From Chlamydiia bacterium (GTDB lineage: Bacteria; Chlamydiota; Chlamydiia; Chlamydiales; JBMOFD01), in NCBI GenBank assembly GCA_049314435.1, contig JBMOFD010000027.1, positions 1-23,035 of the forward strand: a stretch of 23,035 nucleotides of DNA, in the 5' to 3' direction. The position numbers were made by a program, and so were the translations under genes. How positions within the stretch are numbered: position 1 is the first letter of the stretch; every line of letters starts with the position of its first letter. The notes below the pieces were generated by a model. It had not been told where the DNA came from. It did not search any database and saw only the letters and a program-made list of their open reading frames with translations. This document shows positions 17,044 to 23,035 of this stretch, in pieces.

Positions 17044-18090
17044 TTGAAACCCAACTTACTGTCTCCCCTCTTGCTCCTGTTAGGGCTGACCAACCTCGGC
17101 GCGATCGAGAATTCCATCATTCCTCAGATGAACCAGTGTCGCCAACTCAGTTCTCTGCAGCTCGACAAATATCCCACAGCCCTTCAAGAGGAGATCCGCG
17201 AAGCCCTGCAACATACTGGAGACTGTCTCCGGATCGCGACCTACAATGTCCTCTTCTCTGGTCATGACGACCAACTAGCCTGGCGCGATCGTTGGCCACA
17301 GAGACTTCCAAGACTCGTCGAGACAATCCGGAACATCGATCCCGATATCTTAGCTGTCCAAGAGCTACTCTCAGAACAGCTCGACGACCTACAGTCACTC
17401 CTCAAAGATTGCTTCAATGTCTATGTACCTTCTGCGCCATATGGCGAGCTCAACTGCGTCTTCTATCGCAGCGATCGCCTTGAGTTGCTCAAGGGAACGA
17501 CGGTCATACTCTGTGACAAACCGCGCCTCATGAGCGATAGCCTGACGATCGTCCAACTCATGGACCGCCAAACGGGACTCCCCATAGCGCTGTTCAACAC
17601 TCACCTACCCTTTCATAGCATCGATTGGCAGGTCGATCATGCAAGGAAGATTGCTGACCATCTTCGAGAGGCTGCACAGAGCATGCCCACAGTATTCTGT
17701 GGCGATCTCAACACCTTTGCCACATTACTGGACAGACCAACCCTGCCTCTCTATGGCGGGGAATATGTCGAACGCATTCTCAGCGCATCAGGCGTACAAG
17801 ATGCACGCCTTCACGCGCTCGTGGGACATTTAGGACCCTTGGGCACCTTTACCAGTCACAACGACCGCAGGCTGAAAGCCAAGCCTTTTTCAGGCTTTGG
17901 CGTACCGGGCGTGATCTTGGACCACATCTATGTCTCCGCATCGGTACATGTCCTCGTGCATGGCATTGAAACGGCCACTGTAGGGGGAGAGTTTGGCTCT
18001 GACCATATGCCGGTGGTGATCGATTGCCTGGTCGACACACGCTTCCAAGTTCCTGGTATTCTCTCCGGTGAGGCAGCTGCCATGCCATAG
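17044..18090 (+). CDS. Exported endonuclease/exonuclease/phosphatase (EEP) family protein
   Basis: TTG start, signal peptide (MKPNLLSPLLLLLGLTNLGA), RIATYNV, DILAVQE, FNTHL, CGDLN, LDHIYV, SDHMPV. Confidence 0.88.
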   Translation: MKPNLLSPLLLLLGLTNLGAIENSIIPQMNQCRQLSSLQLDKYPTALQEEIREALQHTGDCLRIATYNVLFSGHDDQLAWRDRWPQRLPRLVETIRNIDPDILAVQELLSEQLDDLQSLLKDCFNVYVPSAPYGELNCVFYRSDRLELLKGTTVILCDKPRLMSDSLTIVQLMDRQTGLPIALFNTHLPFHSIDWQVDHARKIADHLREAAQSMPTVFCGDLNTFATLLDRPTLPLYGGEYVERILSASGVQDARLHALVGHLGPLGTFTSHNDRRLKAKPFSGFGVPGVILDHIYVSASVHVLVHGIETATVGGEFGSDHMPVVIDCLVDTRFQVPGILSGEAAAMP

Positions 18091-18134
18091 AATGGCATGT
18101 CCACTTGTCCGGAGAATTGCTCTAGAGGAAGGCT

Positions 18135-19832
18135 ATGTTCTTCTCAGTCGTGCGAAAGACGGTTCTTCTCTGTTTGGCCGTATTTGCCCAACAGGGATGC
18201 GCACTAGAAACTGAGAGGACCCCTGATAGGGCAACTGATAGGATTGGTCGTTGGGGCTATGACATGTGGCTATGGGACGAGACCCTTACATGCTTCGGCA
18301 GAGCGAGACAAGCAGGACTACACGAATTCTGGAATGGAAACACCGGCTGGCCTGACGACTACGCCCGCCCAGCCAGAGACTATGCTGGGGCCAGGCGAGC
18401 CTTTGATGCTGCGTTTGATCTACATGCCCGATGGTTCCGAGAATATCTTGAGTCGCCCCAGAAGCAGATCGATAATTGGCTTCTCGACCATGCTAGGGCC
18501 GCTAGTCGTCACGATGTAGATCGAGTAGAATTCACTCAAACTTCCATAGAGCGGGCGAGAGAGTGGCTCCTAAAGGTAGAGGTCAGAAAAGAGACTACTT
18601 GGTCCATTTTGAACGAAGGCTGGAACCTGGTTTCGTCAGTCTCGTTGCAATACTACCAGCAGGATTCGAAGCAGAAAGATCCCAGAGCTCAATATGGGCG
18701 AGCCCTACTCCTGTTGGATCGAGGGAATGCCTACGAGGCGATTTGCGCCCTTGAGCGGTTGATTGAAAGTGGCTTGGCTGAAGAAATTGTACAACAAGAC
18801 AAGAAGTCAGCTCAGGACTATTACGCGACGTTAGCACTAGCTCATTCCGAGTGCGGCGAATTCGGCGAGGCGGTGCTATGCCTCGACCAAGCCATCCGGT
18901 TGGATCCAGAAAACAAGAGACTCTATTTGGATCGAGCCATGGCCTACTTTGAGACCGGGGAACTAGAGGCGTCTCTGGCAGACTATCTCTCCTACGGCCT
19001 TCATCCATCGGGCGCGTTGATCGACCTGCCTGAAGTCACAGAATTTGGAACAGGAATTGCTCGTGGCATTGCCCAAGGTGGAACAGAAGCCCTGCAGGAT
19101 TTTGCACCCAACCTTCTCTCATCCGCATATGGTCTCAGTCAGGGCCTATGGGCCTTTGTTACCGCACCCATCGACACGTCCGTTGAATTTTGCCAAGCAG
19201 CCTCGACTTGCGTGGAGGTCATTCGGCAATCTTCCGGTGAAGAGCTGATTGAAATGGTGGCGCCAGAATTGGCCGAGTTGGCTTCTAAATGGGACTCCAT
19301 CTCCTCTAAGGAAAAAGGCTACCTCACTGGAGTGATCATTGGAAAATATGGCGTCGATATCTTTGCGGGAGCCGCCTGCGTCAAAGGTGTCAGGGCGTAT
19401 CGAGATCTGAAGCGGGCCAATGCCGCTCTCACGCTGGAAACTCTCGCACAAAATCGTGGCGGTCAGCGGGCTGCCCTTCTGGCTGTCCAGGAAAGGCATT
19501 TGGCCTTCCGCAAATCGTACATTGAGCGACTGACGCTGGAACCAGATAAGCAGGGAAAACACATTTTAGGACACCAGTTTTACCTCGAACCCTTGAATCG
19601 CAGTATCTGGACACATCCCGATCCAGAAGGCATGATTAAGCAGCTGAGCGGCACAGGCCGGCATGTCCGTGGTATCTATGGGTCTCCAGATTTTGTAGAA
19701 ATCGTTGAATGTGGCGAGATCATCGGCCTACGCGTGATCGCGGAAACGGGCGAGCAGCTACCTACGACACGCGCCAAGATTCACTACAGTAGAAAAGGAG
19801 CCCACATTGTCCCCGCGGACCCAGCCAAGTAA
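18135..19832 (+). CDS. Polymorphic toxin: signal peptide + TPR repeats + Gly-rich hydrophobic linker + C-terminal Ntox50 (bacterial toxin 50)-like RNase
   Basis: GAGGAAGG SD and hydrophobic N-terminus. TPR-like helices at ~18681-19000 (e.g. GEFGEAVLCLDQAIRLDPENKRLYLDRAMAYFETG). C-terminal ~100 aa DKQGKHILGH...SGTG...EIVECGEIIG...TTRAKIHYSRKGAHIVP matches the Ntox50 pattern. Confidence 0.8.
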   Translation: MFFSVVRKTVLLCLAVFAQQGCALETERTPDRATDRIGRWGYDMWLWDETLTCFGRARQAGLHEFWNGNTGWPDDYARPARDYAGARRAFDAAFDLHARWFREYLESPQKQIDNWLLDHARAASRHDVDRVEFTQTSIERAREWLLKVEVRKETTWSILNEGWNLVSSVSLQYYQQDSKQKDPRAQYGRALLLLDRGNAYEAICALERLIESGLAEEIVQQDKKSAQDYYATLALAHSECGEFGEAVLCLDQAIRLDPENKRLYLDRAMAYFETGELEASLADYLSYGLHPSGALIDLPEVTEFGTGIARGIAQGGTEALQDFAPNLLSSAYGLSQGLWAFVTAPIDTSVEFCQAASTCVEVIRQSSGEELIEMVAPELAELASKWDSISSKEKGYLTGVIIGKYGVDIFAGAACVKGVRAYRDLKRANAALTLETLAQNRGGQRAALLAVQERHLAFRKSYIERLTLEPDKQGKHILGHQFYLEPLNRSIWTHPDPEGMIKQLSGTGRHVRGIYGSPDFVEIVECGEIIGLRVIAETGEQLPTTRAKIHYSRKGAHIVPADPAK

Positions 19833-20508
19833 CGACCCATATTACGGCCCACTGCACATCGTTTTGGCAGCCGAAACGGCCCTGGCAGGTGTAGTCATTG
19901 AACAGCTCCGTGCAGTAAGCGTAACCGCCGACCCTGATATGATCCGGCTTTACTTTGTCTATGAGGGAAACCCCGACGAGGACGAGTTGGAGGAATGGAG
20001 TTGTGCTGGCACGGAGCTGCACGCCAGCTACCCTTCCTCGGCAGGGGGGCTGGATGTTGTCTGTGAGCGTATTCCCGCACCTGGCCCCATTAACATACCC
20101 GGTGTATTGGTCTATCTCCGGAGAGAGGATCCTCCACAACAGGCCGCGATTGTTCGTGGTGCCATGATTCAAGAGGTACTTACCAACGCCCCTCCCACAC
20201 GCCCTTACATCCTATATGCCACGAATCGTGCACTGTTGGGCGAAGTCACGCCCAATCTTCGCTACGTCCTTGTAGACTGGACCGAGCCCACCATACACAT
20301 TGCCTTCTACTATGACGGCCCGATCACCGATCAAGACGCTGCTACAGCGGCTCGAGTTGCCGGCCGAGTCCAATCCTGGTTGACGGGCGCTCAGGTCAAT
20401 GCCTTTGTAGAAAGGCTCGATTATCCCAACAAGATTCCGCTGTTCCCTCAGGATGGCAAGACTCGGGTGGCTGTCTATGCTCGATACGAGCTTCTTACAG
20501 CACGATAA
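19807..20508 (+). CDS. Candidate cognate immunity protein (copy 1), two internally duplicated domains
   Basis: TTG start with AAGGAG SD inside the toxin; overlaps the toxin 3' end by 26 nt. 233 aa, acidic N-domain. Confidence 0.75.
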   Translation: MSPRTQPSNDPYYGPLHIVLAAETALAGVVIEQLRAVSVTADPDMIRLYFVYEGNPDEDELEEWSCAGTELHASYPSSAGGLDVVCERIPAPGPINIPGVLVYLRREDPPQQAAIVRGAMIQEVLTNAPPTRPYILYATNRALLGEVTPNLRYVLVDWTEPTIHIAFYYDGPITDQDAATAARVAGRVQSWLTGAQVNAFVERLDYPNKIPLFPQDGKTRVAVYARYELLTAR

Positions 20509-20524
20509 CAACTGAGAGCCCACA

Positions 20525-21226
20525 TTGTCCCAACAAGTCCAAAGTCGCGATAATGATCCCTATTCCGCGAGGGGCATTGTTTTGAGCGCCGGAAGAGCGC
20601 TGCTCGACCGAGTCTTTCCCCAGCTTCGAGCGGTCAGCGTTGATGCTTTGACGACCAGCTTCCGTATATTTTTTATCTATGATGATCAGCTTGCCGAGGA
20701 GCAGGAAGAGGAATGTCGGTGCGCTGGAACTGAGCTACTTGCCGATTACCCTGATGCTATTGAGGTTTTTGAAGAGATCTTTCTTCACCTGCCGGCACCA
20801 GCAACCATCGTAGTTCCTGGGATCCTTGCCTATTTGCGTCGGGAGAGCCCCTCTCAAGATGAAGCCATTGCTCGGGGAGGCCTGATCCAAGAAGTCTTGT
20901 TAGGATCACCTGTCACACGTCCTTACATCTTATACGCAACAAATCGCGCCCTCTTAGGCGAAGTCACTCCCAATCTCCGTGAGGTTCTCGTAGGCTGGAC
21001 GGAGCCCACTGTACGTCTTTCGTTCTACTATGATGGCCCGATCACCGATCAGCATACCGCTACAGCGACTCGAGCTGCCGCCCGCGTCCAATCCTGGTTA
21101 GCGGAAGCTCACGTCAATGCGTCTGTAGAAAGGATCGATTATCCTAACAAGATTCCGTCGCTCCCTCAGGATGGTGACACGCGGGTGACTATCTATGCTC
21201 GATACGAGCCTCCTGCTACACAATAG
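20525..21226 (+). CDS. Candidate orphan immunity protein (copy 2), divergent N-domain
   Basis: 233 aa, TTG start. C-half shares TRPYILYATNRALLGEVTPNLR and FYYDGPITDQ with copies 1 and 3; N-half is clearly more divergent. Confidence 0.75.
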   Translation: MSQQVQSRDNDPYSARGIVLSAGRALLDRVFPQLRAVSVDALTTSFRIFFIYDDQLAEEQEEECRCAGTELLADYPDAIEVFEEIFLHLPAPATIVVPGILAYLRRESPSQDEAIARGGLIQEVLLGSPVTRPYILYATNRALLGEVTPNLREVLVGWTEPTVRLSFYYDGPITDQHTATATRAAARVQSWLAEAHVNASVERIDYPNKIPSLPQDGDTRVTIYARYEPPATQ

Positions 21227-21242
21227 CGACCAGGAGCCCATA

Positions 21243-21944
21243 TTGTCCCCGCGGACCCAGCTAATTAACGACCCATATTACGGCCCACTTCAAATCGTCT
21301 TAGCGGCCAAAACGGCCCTAGCGGGTGTAGTGATTGAACAGCTCCGCGCGGTAAGCGTAACCGCGACCCCTGACATGATCCGGCTCTACTTTGTTTACGA
21401 AGGAAGCCCCGACGAGGACGCGTTGGAAGACTGGAGTTGTGCTGGCACGGAACTGCACGCCAGCTACCCATCATCAGCAGGGGGGCTGGACGTTGTCTGT
21501 GAGCGTATTCCCGCGCCTGAACCCATTAACATACCGGGTGTGTTGGTCTATCTCCGCCGAGAGGACCCTCCACAACAGGCCGCGATTGCTCGGGGAGCTA
21601 TGATTCAGGAAGTTCTTACAGGCGCCCCCCCCACACGCCCTTACATCTTATACGCCACAAACCGCGCTCTGTTAGGCGAAGTCACGCCCAACCTTCGCTA
21701 CGTCCTTGTAGACTGGACCGAACCCACCATACGCCTTTTATTCTACTATGACGGCCCGATCACCGATCAGGACACCGCTACAGCGGCTCGAGCCGCGGCT
21801 TTTGTCCGATCTTGGTTAGCGACTGCTCAGGTCCAACCCGTCGTAGAAAGGCTCGACTATCCCAACAAGATTCCGCCGCTCCCTCAAGATGGTGCCACGC
21901 GGGTAGCTGTCTACGCTCGATACGAGCCGCCTGCCATGCGATAG
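21243..21944 (+). CDS. Candidate immunity protein (copy 3), close paralog of copy 1
   Basis: Start revised to TTG 21243 (AGGAG SD, homologous position), giving 233 aa. By hand count it differs from copy 1 at about 31 of 233 residues. Confidence 0.75.
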   Translation: MSPRTQLINDPYYGPLQIVLAAKTALAGVVIEQLRAVSVTATPDMIRLYFVYEGSPDEDALEDWSCAGTELHASYPSSAGGLDVVCERIPAPEPINIPGVLVYLRREDPPQQAAIARGAMIQEVLTGAPPTRPYILYATNRALLGEVTPNLRYVLVDWTEPTIRLLFYYDGPITDQDTATAARAAAFVRSWLATAQVQPVVERLDYPNKIPPLPQDGATRVAVYARYEPPAMR

Positions 21945-21950
21945 GAACAG

Positions 21951-21984
21951 GGAGCTCTTCAGATTGTCCATTCGGACCCAGTAA
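21951..21984 (+). pseudogene. Remnant of a fourth array unit
   Basis: GGAGC on period at 21951, then TTG TCC ATT CGG ACC CAG TAA (21964-21984) = MSIRTQ*, versus MSPRTQ in copies 1 and 3. Confidence 0.65.
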
Positions 21985-22021
21985 AACAGGATTTGTCTAC
22001 AATATCTGCTCGCCAGTTGGG

Positions 22022-22594
22022 ATGACTATGAGCCGGTTCAAAATTGCATGTGTTTGCACTCTTGTCTCCTGCTGGATAGCTCCTCCAGCTATGGCAGATA
22101 CTTTGACCATTATCGAGCTTCCCAAATCCGCTCAGATGGAGAGTGGCTCAATAGCCGAAGCTAGCTCCACGGGTGGTCAGCTAGATTTGGAAACGCCTCC
22201 TCCCTTCAAGCTGGCTTCCCGCGGCATGGCCCAGGGACGCGTGGCCATAGGCCTTTCCGCATTCGGGCTCTCGCTGAGCGCCGGATCCTTCATCCGATCC
22301 AACGAGCGCGTCATCCACGAAGTGGCCCTCGACATTCAGACGTGGCTGTTCTGTAGCAATATCCAGCTCACGTATGGGTGCCTCTTCAACGTGTCTCCTC
22401 ATCTGAGTATTGGACCCTATCTTGGAGGCGCCTATGTGGCGAGCTTCGAGGGCCGGGCTACAGTGTTTCCAGCGGGTGGGTTTCGTCTCGTGGCCTTCCG
22501 CCAGGCCGCAGAGAAGAACCAAGCCTCTGCCTTCTTCGGCCTGCGGGCAGGCTTTCCCACCATACTACAGTTGGAATGTGGCTACGCCTTCTAG
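22022..22594 (+). CDS. Putative small outer-membrane beta-barrel protein
   Basis: Signal peptide (MSRFKIACVCTLVSCWIAPPAMA), alternating hydrophobic strands (IQLTYGCLFNV, LSIGPYLGGAYV, AFFGLRAG), C-terminal LQLECGYAF ending in Phe. Start is 22022 or 22028, not 21812. Confidence 0.6.
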   Translation: MTMSRFKIACVCTLVSCWIAPPAMADTLTIIELPKSAQMESGSIAEASSTGGQLDLETPPPFKLASRGMAQGRVAIGLSAFGLSLSAGSFIRSNERVIHEVALDIQTWLFCSNIQLTYGCLFNVSPHLSIGPYLGGAYVASFEGRATVFPAGGFRLVAFRQAAEKNQASAFFGLRAGFPTILQLECGYAF

Positions 22595-22680
22595 GGAACG
22601 CCCTTTCATAAGGGCTGCATTCATGTCCTATTTTCGGACTTGATTTATAATTGCTGCGGCTTTCCACTCGAGTTTTCCCC

Positions 22681-23035
22681 ATGTCTTTGGTTAGACATCT
22701 ATTCGACCTGTCAAAGGTCCCAAATTCTCAGTTTATATCAATGACACAGAAAATGCGCATAAAACACCCATATGAAAGCATTATAAAAAGATTGGAGGCG
22801 ATATTAAATCGACAGGCAATTGTCTTTAAGGTTGTAGATGAGAGTGTGCATAAGTTTAAATCTCTTCGTTCACCGCCCAACAACGTCCTATCTCTGCACT
22901 CTATGATCACCGCCGAAGGTCACAAGGAAAATTTGCACAGGATTGACCGACTGCCCACTCCAGACAAGAATTTTACTACACTGAAGTCGGCGTTTGGATG
23001 CATCTACGAAACACATATCACGCGACTACTACAAG
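22681..23035 (+). CDS. Partial hypothetical protein (runs off the window end), AT-rich
   Basis: ATG 22681 opens 118 codons with no stop (MSLVRHLFDLSKVPNSQFISMTQKMRIKHPYESII...). TATAAT at 22646-22651 upstream. Confidence 0.5.
   Translation, partial: MSLVRHLFDLSKVPNSQFISMTQKMRIKHPYESIIKRLEAILNRQAIVFKVVDESVHKFKSLRSPPNNVLSLHSMITAEGHKENLHRIDRLPTPDKNFTTLKSAFGCIYETHITRLLQ

Larger units (their letters stand above)
19797..21984 (+). repeat. 718-bp tandem array: three full units plus the stub of a fourth
   Basis: Unit starts (G/A)GAGC at 19797, 20515, 21233 and 21951, an exact 718-nt period. Each full unit = 10-nt leader + 702-nt CDS + 6-nt spacer. Confidence 0.9.

Noticed and set aside
21195..21242. 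16-aa N-terminal extension of immunity copy 3 in the ORF track
   Set aside because: The homologous SD + TTG lies at 21243, on the 718-nt period, and gives the same 233-aa length as the other copies.
19955..21603. Repeated small alternative-frame ORFs (19955-20167, 21391-21603 and antisense counterparts)
   Set aside because: They recur only because copies 1 and 3 are near-identical DNA; there is no independent coding evidence.
19797..21984. Possible CRISPR array or integron cassette array
   Set aside because: The units are whole paralogous genes rather than unique spacers. No palindromic attC-like sites, cas genes or integrase are seen in the window.
21812..22021. 70-aa N-terminal extension of the barrel-like ORF
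   Set aside because: It overlaps copy 3 out of frame, and the signal peptide begins at 22022/22028.

Overview
Chromosomal segment from a bacterium that is most likely an environmental member of Chlamydiota. The evidence is a chlamydial-type 45-aa L36, a DsbH-like FTGSDWCxWC oxidoreductase, and clustering of dnaG/mutS/uvrC/GYF_2 gene/rpmJ/rpsN/rpmH/rnpA. By eye it is GC-rich for that phylum. The left ~15.8 kb is mostly housekeeping: rlmN, dnaG, mutS, uvrC, rpmJ, rpsN, rpmH, rnpA, dsbH-like, a DTW/TDD protein, prs and a TyrP/Mtr permease. It also holds two odd genes: a signal-peptide cytidine-deaminase-like protein with degenerate Zn ligands, and a 693-aa orphan carrying His...N-x-x-x-x-N-C motifs suggestive of a permuted papain-like/NlpC-P60 catalytic dyad. 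The right ~7 kb is accessory. It has a twice-frameshifted TrmH-wHTH(MarR-like) fusion gene, an exported EEP hydrolase, and a polymorphic toxin locus. The toxin is built as signal peptide + TPR + Gly-rich hydrophobic linker + C-terminal Ntox50-like RNase. It is followed by an exactly 718-bp-periodic array of three two-domain candidate immunity genes plus the stub of a fourth. Every unit begins with a copy of the toxin's final (G/R)AHIVP codons. A small beta-barrel-like gene and a truncated AT-rich ORF end the window. All family calls are from motif recognition only; no database search was run.
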